A stretch of 64,000 bases of DNA, from contig CM097887.1 in assembly GCA_044892525.1 (NCBI GenBank), forward strand, positions 115,546,397 through 115,610,396. Direction: 5' to 3'. The translations under genes were made by a program, and so were the position numbers. Each line of letters starts with the position of its first letter. Position 1 is the stretch's first letter. Source of the DNA: Schmidtea polychroa. Its lineage: Eukaryota. The notes under the pieces are model-generated. The model did no database searches and was not told the DNA's origin. It saw nothing but the letters and a program-made list of their open reading frames with translations. Shown in pieces: positions 13,047 through 22,849 of the stretch.

Positions 13047-13617
13047 TGGGATTTGCCTGGATATCATAAAGCTTGTAAAGTTTATATTAAAATAATATAG
13101 AAATTTCAGGAAATATGCTTTCAAAAGATAGGAATAAAGATCAAAATTGCCACATTTATAAAAATGTTTAAATCACGAATATAAATAGTTATTGGAAGCT
13201 TTATTTTATAAATATCTTAAAATTCTTTTTATTAAAATAGGCTTCTATGGGCTAATTATAGAAGCTTTAAAAATTTTAAGATTTTGGTTGATGTTTCATT
13301 TTGAATTTTAGAGGATATTTAATTTTAATTTTAAATAAAAATTTTTAAAAATTCTTCAGAAAAAGAAAGTAAATAATGATATATTATATATTTTTAAACA
13401 ATGAGAAGAAAAATGAAATAAAAGAAAAATCGAGATGTATGTTCGGGAATGCTAAATTCCAGGAGATTGACAAGAACTATCTTACAGTCGAAAATTTTTT
13501 CATTAAATACATTATTCGCATCAAAAGGCTTAAATTATCACTTTATTGTTTTATACAAATTAAATATGTTCATAAATAAAATTACTATTTATTACTATTT
13601 ATTTTTATAATACTGAT

Positions 13618-13974
13618 TTGTTATTGGCATTTATTCGCGATAAAGTAAACCTTAATCTTAGGAACAGTAATATGATTTTGGTTATGGACAATGCGCGATT
13701 TCCTCATTCTATGGTTATTTCTGAGCTTCTACAAAGAAATAGAACTGGACTTCGATTTCTCACACCATACTCACCCCAGCTTAACCCAATTGAAGAATTC
13801 ATTTCAATGGTCAAAAGTCTATATACATCCTCTGATATTTCTGTAACTTCCTCATCACAAGCTAAAGAAAAAATTAATAACGTTCTTAATAACGAAGATT
13901 TGCTATTACAACCATTTTATACTAATATGAAAAGATTTATTGCTATTGGTCTGTCAAGAAATCAATTTATATAA
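13618..13974 (+). pseudogene. IS630/Tc1-mariner transposase C-terminal (DDE) fragment
   Basis: ILVMDNARFPH and FLTPYSPQLNPIEEFISMVK; N-terminal half missing. Confidence 0.85.
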
Positions 13975-14243
13975 TAAATTTAATGCTTAAATAGTCTTTA
14001 TTTTTTAATTTTCATAATACTATTTTAAAATAATGCAAAAACAATTTTATAATACAAATGTTTAATTTTAATTTAAAAATTCGCAACAATATGTTTGTTA
14101 AAATTTGAATTATAAAATTATAATAAAATATATTAGAAATTTTTAAATATATTCATTAGAAAGTCTAAATTGAAAAATAATTGATTATTTAATTTAAAAA
14201 TAATAAAATTAGTTTATTAAATCTATGAAAAAAATTTCTATCC

Positions 14244-14283
14244 TACCTGATGATGACAGGAAAACTGTCGAAGTATATCGTAA
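14244..14283 (+). ncRNA. Degenerate hammerhead ribozyme
   Basis: CTGATGA-T-GACAG-GAAAA-CTGTC-GAAG-TATA-TC; core GAAA changed to GAAG; stem I only TAC/GTA. Confidence 0.5.
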
Positions 14284-14349
14284 AAAATATTTGAGTTGCT
14301 CTTTCTTATAAGAGTAATCATTGCCAGGTTTATTGAATTATTTATTATA

Positions 14350-15176
14350 CCGTCTTTCCGAAAATAAGACACTGTCTTACTATTTTTTTGGTCCAAAATA
14401 CGCACTAGGGCTTAATTTCGGTGGAGGACCAAAATAAAAGTTTATTTATATTTTTTTATTTAATATTTATTTTACACAGAATGCAGAAATTTAAATTTAT
14501 TTAATTACGGTAATGTCATCTTCTGGAACATCGTCATAAATAAAATTCTGAATTATATTCTGATTTTCTATCAAATCAATTTCCTGTTGAATTACTGGTG
14601 CTTGTAAAATAAAAAAAATTTTGATAAAAAATAAAATTATTACATAAAAACAAAGAAATTTATAAAAAACAAAGAAATGTTAAAATCTTTGATTGATTTT
14701 ATGGTAAAATAATTAATATATTATTTTGAAAAACAATATTAATAAAACTATTTTTCAATTCAAAATTTCGGATCTCAAATATATCAACGAGTTAAAATTT
14801 GCTAAATATAAAAGAAAATTTATAAAAGTTTATAAAATACCTTTTTTAAAACATTATTTTATAAATTTTCGACGTTTTGACGGGAGTCAATAATCAGACT
14901 TACAACACTGAAATGAATGAACGCTGTACTTGCACTGTTGCCCAATAAAGACTGCTGCCTCGTGTTGTATTTTTAAGATAAATCCCCGTAGAGGTAAACA
15001 ATTATTTTCTCGAAATATTTTATTTGAAACATTTCACTGAAATACGAGTATTGGGGAAGCTAAATTTACTATTATTTATACTTAATATATCAACAGCATT
15101 TTTTAACGAATTCTTTTTTCGCATTTTTTATCTAGGAATTATTTTCGGTGAATGTCTTATTTTCGGAAAAACACGG
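14350..15176. mobile_element. pogo/Tigger-type non-autonomous element (827 bp)
   Basis: TIRs CCGTCTTTCCGAAAATAAGAC and, reverse-complemented, CCGTGTTTTTCCGAAAATAAGAC; TA on the left flank, CA (mutated TA) on the right. Confidence 0.85.
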
Positions 15177-15475
15177 CAGATTTTGTATTAATTTAAATTT
15201 ATTGTTAAACATATTTATTACATATTATATATGTATATATTTATATATATTTCAGTATCACGTTATATATCGGAGTCACACATTAAAATATTTAATAATA
15301 AATTTACTTCAAAAAGTTTGTTACTTTTTGTGATTTACGTTTTGGAAAAAATATGACGCATCTATTTAGGGGTTGAACAATTTGAACAATTCTATTGAAC
15401 AATTTATCGATAAAATTCAAATCGCTAAATATGTGAAATCATAAGAAATAAAAACAAAAAATATATGCAATAGTT

Positions 15476-16630
15476 TTATGAACAAATATAAGCACCTGAT
15501 TGAATATTATGCAAAAGTCCTTTATTGTTGGGATTTGATATGAATTCCCCGCTTTCCTTTAATAAACCACCGGAATTTATTTTATGTAAATTTGAGCTCT
15601 TTCTTATTGAATCCAATATATTTTGGTTACTATGGCTGGAGACGTAAAATCTATGTTTAACATTGAACTTTGTAGAGAGAGTAGAATTTTGAATGGAATT
15701 TCTCGTTACTACCATAGTTGATGAAGGCTTGAACCGTTTCTGAGTATCTGAATTACTATTATTATAGGAAATTGTATTTGCAGAACTGGAAAATTGATAT
15801 GCTGTAACTAAAGGAGGTGCAATACCGGAATCATAAAAGTTCGTCGATTTTCTTGCGTGTTGTGATGATAAAGAATTGGTAGTCGTCGTGTTAGGTAGTG
15901 AATAGTATGCAGAGTCATTGCTAATTGAGCTCTCACAACAATCAAATTCTTCTAATTCATCTTTATCGTTGTCAATGAGAATCGAATTATTATGCTCATC
16001 GGTAAATATAGCACAACCGTAAGATTTATCAAATCCAGTTTGTTTAATAGTCACTTTAGGTAGAAAATTTAAATTTACAATTGGTTTAATATTAACTGAA
16101 TTTTCACAAAGTGTTGACATTCTATCGAAAATATTTGACTCCATTTTTATGGTTGATGTTAAGAGCCCATTGGAATTAACTTTAATATTTAGTTTCAAAT
16201 CATTATTTGGTTGTTCTTTCTCTACTTCCGGTTTTACGATTATTTTATTTTCTAATTGCATTGTATCTGAATGAGAATGGCTTTCAGAAGATTTTGATTC
16301 ACTTTCGACTTTATGAAAAATATTTACATTTTCTTCAATTAATCTTTCGTTTTTACTTTCTTTCTCTTTTTTTATAGCTCCATTGGGTTGAGCTATTTTA
16401 ATTAATTGCACTGAAGACCTTTTTATCTTGGGTATTGCTTTCATTAATTCTTTGTCCCTATTATTTGTGATGTCTAGTTTTGGTTTTTTAATTTGAACTA
16501 AATCATTATTTTTATTGCTGCCATTAGATTTTTTAGTGATTAACAATTTCTTGGATTTGTGTTCACATAATAAATCATAAACTTCAACTGCATTGTATGG
16601 AATAATATATTTAGAACATTTCTTTGCCAA
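15476..16630 (-). CDS. Hypothetical Ser/Asn/Lys-rich host protein, probably a terminal exon
   Basis: 384-codon uninterrupted ORF with no ATG at its start; an acceptor TTTGCTTTCTAG (AG at 16651-52) keeps the frame open (AFHNKKLAKKCSKY...). No domain recognised. Confidence 0.65.
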   Translation of the reverse strand: MAKKCSKYIIPYNAVEVYDLLCEHKSKKLLITKKSNGSNKNNDLVQIKKPKLDITNNRDKELMKAIPKIKRSSVQLIKIAQPNGAIKKEKESKNERLIEENVNIFHKVESESKSSESHSHSDTMQLENKIIVKPEVEKEQPNNDLKLNIKVNSNGLLTSTIKMESNIFDRMSTLCENSVNIKPIVNLNFLPKVTIKQTGFDKSYGCAIFTDEHNNSILIDNDKDELEEFDCCESSISNDSAYYSLPNTTTTNSLSSQHARKSTNFYDSGIAPPLVTAYQFSSSANTISYNNSNSDTQKRFKPSSTMVVTRNSIQNSTLSTKFNVKHRFYVSSHSNQNILDSIRKSSNLHKINSGGLLKESGEFISNPNNKGLLHNIQSGAYICS

Positions 16631-17161
16631 TTTTTTATTATGAAAGGCTTCTAGAAAGCAAATGAGTAGTCAAATAATGATAATAAAATAATAATCGCTC
16701 AATTACAATAATATGCAACTTGTGTTCAATTTTATTGATAATTTTTGTATATTTTTAATTTTAACTTCATATGTCATTTAGAAGACATGTCAAACAATAT
16801 CAAGATAAAAAAAATAAAATCAATGTGTTGATTAATCTTTTGAATAACATTCAATAAAAGCTGTGTAGAAAATTAGTCTGTAGTTAGAATTATTTGACAT
16901 ACATAGTATTTCGATTTACAAACTGCGCAACATGTAAAATTTTCAAGATATTTTTTTATAATATCTTAGGTACAAAAGGTAATACCTTTCTTTACAATTG
17001 AACTTAAACCTGTTTTAAATTATACTCTTTAACTTTTCCCCTTAGTACTTGAAACATTTTTAATATTAAGTACTATACTAGCAAATATGTATGCAGGTTT
17101 CGCTTAACGCATGCTGAATCATTTCTATTGTAATGATAGTTATATTTATTAAAATATTAAC

Positions 17162-17299
17162 TATGAATTAGTAAAGATATCGATGTTTTTTTTATATTCG
17201 CGAAATGTCAATACAGCCTTTTTCAAGTGATTTTGATATACAGAATCACTTGAAAATTCGTGAATATCAAAAAATCATCGATATCTTTACTAATTCATA
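17162..17299. repeat. ~138-bp foldback (palindromic) element; diverged relative at ~2090-2161
   Basis: 24-bp perfect outer arms TATGAATTAGTAAAGATATCGATG / CATCGATATCTTTACTAATTCATA; 13-bp inner arms TTTTCAAGTGATT / AATCACTTGAAAA. Confidence 0.85.
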
Positions 17300-17829
17300 T
17301 TCAGTTTTTTTAAAAATGTCAATTGAAAATAAAAAGAAATCAGAGGTGAAAATCCAAAGAATTTTTTATGATTGTTATCACTACGCTCTATTTATCTGGT
17401 ATACGACGAAAACTGTACATATTTGCGTTTTTGTATATTTCGGTATTTCTATAAACAATTAATCCCTTTGAGGTTTTTTAGGTTTGTATTTAATTTATGG
17501 ATTTTGTGTTACTTTTATAATTGATGTGTTTTATTGTAGCTTTAGCCTCATTTCTTGGATAATCTACCAGATTAGCTTTATTTCATTGGTTATTGAATTA
17601 TTTTTAATATGAAGAAAAAGAAAAATGAAAAATAAAGAGAAAATCACATTTGAAGATAAAATCTTAGAGTCTTTATAAAGCAAAAATTTAATAGTCACAA
17701 ACTCAGTATTATATGAACAGGTAACATCAAAGCCTGAGAAATCTGATAATTTATCTATGAGTGAAATGCAAAAGCTTTACTCCAATAGTGAAAAGGTACC
17801 TACAAGAAAATAGTCTCATGAGAAAGTTC

Positions 17830-18110
17830 TTTGTATAATGGACAAAGCTTCAACGCATCCCCTACAGTTGGAAGTTTAATTTCATTAGGATTACGTTTTT
17901 GTCTTCTAATACTGCGTAACTTACACAACCAATGGATTAATGTTTTATTTCCAATTTCAAAAATCTTAATATCAAAACTATTTTCGAAAGATGCTTGTAC
18001 AAAATTAACCCTCGTGGAACTCTGAAGAATGAAACCCGAGTCTTCATTGTTTGGGACTTATTAATCAGACATGGGAGATGTTTGTCTAATAATTCTAAAA
18101 TCAGCTTATA
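17830..18110 (+). pseudogene. pogo/Tigger (DDE_1, CENP-B-like) transposase remnant
   Basis: CIMDKASTHP and, after a frameshift, TQPMD*CFISNFKN, matching LMDNAxxHP ... LQPMDQGVIxNFK. Confidence 0.7.
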
Positions 18111-19499
18111 AAATACGTGTCTGAGGAATCGTATTGTAATGACCTGAAAACAAAATTTGCATTATATATGCAGTTGACCCAATGGGTAAGATTATGCATT
18201 TGGAAGTTGATATATCTGGGCAACAGAAGACGGCAGATCTCAAATAGCAAAAGAAAGAAGCCAGAAGATACCAGTTTTAAGCAGTTTACTATTTGTAAAT
18301 TCAACGAGTAGATACAGCATTTCATTTATGGGGTTATTTTTTAAAAATACCAGTACCTACAGAATAATATGAAATATTTGGATAGATGGCTGGATAATGC
18401 TATTGAAAAACTCAAACTTAAATAAAATTCATTCATATTCCAAGAGAACAATGTACAATGTCAATTATCCAAATTTAATAAAGAATATTTTAGTGGCAAT
18501 ATTTTAGTTGCAAATCAAAAAACTATTGTTATGATAATAATACCGATCTAATGAGAGAAACATATGCGTTCTTCTCAAATTCTTTCAATCTTTCCATAAG
18601 GCATTCTCATTTTTGTCTTCCAGAATGCATACTTAATTACCCTTCTTTTCTGATAGTATATAACTGATTCTGAAATATTTTTCTATCTGCTGTCTTTATC
18701 TACCCTATGCCTAGGATTCAGTCTTGAAAACCTCAGGTTCTCACGAGATTTTTATACAAGTTGTCGTTCTTCGCAAATATCTTCAATATTCACTTATGGC
18801 TAGGTTTCTTTGAGGAGCATTTGTATAACTCCATAAATATCGCTACCGGTTCGCTTAATAGACTTGCTTAAATAGAGTTTTCAAACTCTGCCTTTTTCGA
18901 AGTCCTTTCATTTTATATAATTTTGTTCTTTTGCCCAGTTTCCCGAGTAGTGTCGATACCTGATTAACATTCATTCATATTCCCACAGCAATGTCATATA
19001 TCCAAGTTCGATTAAGAATATTTCAGTGACATTATAATCTATGTAATAAATTGGCCATCAAATTCACGAAATATCAACTTAGTGGCCAACCCCTGATAAC
19101 CAATAAAGCACAAAATCAATAAGAAAATCTCAGCATCAAAATGTGAATTTCAAAAGTTGAGATCTATTAAATTCCAGTTCAATCTGCAAACATTTTGTGA
19201 TTTAAATGCCAAATAGAGTCAAAAATATCATAAAAATATGTTTCTTAGTCAATGTAAATAAATTTTTAATTTAAATGTTATTTTTCTTAGAGTATCCCAT
19301 TTTCAATTAACTCATTATCGTATTTGTTATAAATATCGAAAAATAATAATAAAAACTTAATTAGCACAAATTATGTTTATTTTTTAAATAATAAAACTTG
19401 TTATTTATCAGAGTCGCTGATGGTACTGCCGTTTTCCATAATATAGAAATATAACATGTTATCTATTTTTATTTAATCCTCGTCAATAATTATTCCATT

Positions 19500-20220
19500 A
19501 TATTGAGGTTCTTTTATATCAGGAACTACAATTTTTGCAGTTCTTTAAATGTTATACTTTTGACTGCTGTGTGCACAGCAACTCTTCATTGGAGAAAAGG
19601 GAGAAAGATGTATTTAGTTCGGATTTAAAAATATACAATAGTATTTAATAGTCAATCAAGCATTTCCTCTATAAATACTGTGTGCATCCAATCAGGAACA
19701 TTTTTGTTTTTTAATTTGATTTTGGTAGAGTGGTTTTGAAGTTGATTAGGAAGTTAGTTATCAAATAATTGTAATTAATGTACTTTCTACAATTTACAAA
19801 CAAACAGCCTCAACAATTAAAATTAGGTCTCTGAAGGAACATTAGATTTAGTTCGTTGTTTGGTTCATGAATTAAGATTTTTTGTACTCCTCAAATTGAT
19901 TTGGATTTGATTATTTATGTACGCTTTAGTATTTCCTATCAAATGCAGGATATCAGGCATGCAACATAACTCATCAAGGTCAAAAACTAAAAGTATGGAA
20001 TTCCATTTGAATAGATCATTCTGTCCAATAGTTATTTATAAGGGAAACCTTTTGAGAAAAGTCAAGAAGTTGGTCAGAATAGTAAAGTCCTATTTATCGA
20101 TGTTTGATTGATGAATTGACAAAACCAACTAATATGTTTCCATACATTTTAAGCCGCATTTTTGTGTAAGGATATTTTTGGATGTATATGACAATTCTTT
20201 ATTTTCCATTTGTCTTCAAT
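19500..20220 (-). pseudogene. Possible decayed leucine-rich-repeat-like gene
   Basis: Stop-riddled frame with LRR-like pieces (KIKELSY, LTNFLTFLKRF); similar pieces at ~32750-33000 (+, FKNLNVLSIYD) and ~39830-41100 (-, KLEILELL). Confidence 0.25.
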
Positions 20221-20364
20221 GTTCCGTAAATTTTTGAATTTTTAAAGTTTAAAATTAAATAAAAACTAAATAATCTGTTGCCACAATAAATACAAAACAT
20301 TTAACAAAAACCTTAATATAATTAATTTTGAAAAAATTGATGAACGATTACTGCTGTTATACTT

Positions 20365-21367
20365 CTATGTCAGATAGAGTGACCAACTTGAATCCATGTA
20401 TCTATTATCACATTTATTTCGAACATTTACTTTGATCAATACACAATCTCCAATTTGAAATTCTCGATTTGTCATCTGATTGATTTTTTCTTCTTTCGCC
20501 ATCTCTGAGAACCATTCACCATAAATCTTTTTCTCAAACACCATTTCCGCTGGAGTCTTCCTAATAGTTTTTTGAAAAGATGAATTCACCGTAAACTGAA
20601 CTTCTGGAAGAACATCTACCCATGATTTATGTCTTTTATCTTTGAGTGTTATCTGTATTGCATCTCTAATTGTACGGAATTGTCTCTCAATCTGTCCATT
20701 TGCTGAGTGATGATATGGATTTGAATAATTAATTTCAATATTGTGGAATTCTGCAAAATGATTTACCTCTGTCACAGTTTATTATCCTTGGTACTTCAAA
20801 CTTCATTATCCACTCTTCTTTCAGTAATCTTGTGATTTCACTGCATGTAAAGAAATAAACCTACTATGATGATCTATAATCCCAAGAATATATCTTTCTC
20901 CTCTCATTGCAAGTTCTAATGGACCACAAAAATCTACATAGATTGTTTCAAATAATTTCGAATCACTTTGCAAATTATTTCTTCTTTTGTTTTAGTTGTA
21001 TCAACCTTTCATTTCTGACAGTTTTCAGAGGTTTATACAACATTATGAATATATTGCTCCAAATCTTTCATATGAAAATTGTTTGATACATACATCTTTA
21101 CCTTTTAGCACCCGTGTGACAGAGCTTATTATGATATTCTAAGATGAATTTGGACTTGTTTTCTTCTGGAATCCAAATTTTATTATTATTTGTCATAATC
21201 ACTCCGTTGACATATTTAAAAAATGTTTTTTCTGGCGTCATACTAATATTTTCTTTTATATTTTCAATTTCTTTCGAGTTCTTTTGCCATATATTTTCAA
21301 TATTATCAGTCATCAGTGTCAATAATCTTGTTTTTAATTTATCCATTTTAGGATTTTCATTAATCAT
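20365..21367 (-). pseudogene. pol: Gypsy integrase (zf-H2C2 and core), fragmented
   Basis: KIWIPEENKSKFILEYHNKLCHTG; SNPYHHSANGQIERQFRTIRD; WVDVLPEVQFTVNSSFQKTIRKTPAEMVF. Confidence 0.9.
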
Positions 21368-21566
21368 TTGGCATTGAATACATGTTTCACATTCTTTCCT
21401 AGATAAAGCGTCGGCATTATTGTGGGTATCACCTTTTCAGTATTGAATCTCCATGTCCAGAACACTAAGATGATCAAGTTTAAAATTGTGGGGTAATAGG
21501 TTTCTTTGTCTTCATCATAAATGTAATGGCTTTTGTGAAATAAACTTTTTACCATATAGATAGTGC

Positions 21567-22665
21567 TTAAAATGACCAGTAAAATAAAATATAGATGGTA
21601 ATTCTTTTCTTGTTATACAATAACCCAATTCGTGTATTCATAGCTCGAAACCCATATGCGATTACTCTTTCATTATTTTCATCTTTTTGAGACAGAACAG
21701 CACCGATGCGGTCAAAACTTGCATCTGTATCCAAAATGAATGGTTTAGAAAAATCTGGGAACTTCAATACAGGTGTAGATGTTAATTTCAGTTATAAATT
21801 TAAATTCAGTCCACATAAGCTTCTTTTGTTTACTTCCACATAACGCTTCTAATACTTTGGAATCCTTGATAGAATTTTCTATAAATCTGTGATAGTAATT
21901 TGCCAAGCCTAAAAATCCTCTTAAGCTTTTTACGCATTTAGGTCTTTCAAAATTTTTAATAGTTTCAATCTTGCTTTCATCCATACGTATTCCATTTACA
22001 CCAATGATATGACCCAAAAATTTTACTTCTTTTCTTTTGAATTGACATTGCTCATTTAATCCTTTGAAAAACCTTTTCAATGGTGCTATATAATGTTCAT
22101 TCAATGTCTTTGAAAATATAAGGATATCATCCAGATATACAATTGTTCCATTCCAATTTAATTCTCCAAGAACCAAATTCATAAGTCTTTGAAATGTTGC
22201 TGGTGCGGTGGCTATTCCAAATTGCATTCTGTTAAAGTAATATTGCTTGCTTTTTGTCGAAAATGCTGTTTTCAATTTTGACGCATCATCGAGTTTTACT
22301 TGATAATAAGAATTGCCTAAATAAATTTTCGAGAAAATTTTTGCTCCGACAAAAATATCTAATAATTCATCTGTATTTGGAATGGGAAAAATCGGTCTTT
22401 CTGTTACATTATTTAAAGCACGGTAGTCCAAACATATTCTTATATCACTGCTGTTTTTCTTTTTAACACATACTAATGGAGAATTCCAAGGAGATATACA
22501 TTCTGATATAATGCTATATTTCAACATTTCTTGAATATTTTCTATTAAATGTATAGGTTGTCGCCTTGGGTTTATTACAATCGGACTAACCTTAATAAGT
22601 GATTCATGCTTTAATAGTTCTGTTTTCCCAACATCCAATTTATGTTTCATAAAAAATGCCGTCAA
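21567..22665 (-). pseudogene. pol: Gypsy reverse transcriptase and RNase H, fragmented
   Basis: SPWNSPLVCVKKK, RICLDYRALN, RMQFGIATAPATFQRLMN, VYLDDILIFS, FLGHII, LRGFLGLANYY; PDFSKPFILDTDASFDRIGAVLSQ. Confidence 0.95.
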
Positions 22666-22849
22666 ATGTGGAAATTAAATTATTTATTATCTTATCTTCA
22701 CTCCTGTGTTTATTAAATGACTTCCATAATTGCATTTATTTCGTCTTCACAATCTTTTATTTGCGATTGCATTCCAAATCTTTCGAGAAAATCTATACCT
22801 CCTATTAACTTTGGGTATAGATTTGAGTAAATATCTTTTGGGTATATAT

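Noticed and set aside
12965-13130. Canonical U1 snRNA gene
   Set aside because: Only the first 12 nt match; no U1-70K loop, U1A loop, four-way junction or proper Sm site, and the body is a hammerhead.
18540-19100. Possible second gag-like remnant on the minus strand
   Set aside because: Only a weak SGNWAKEQ...KDFEK resemblance with many stops.
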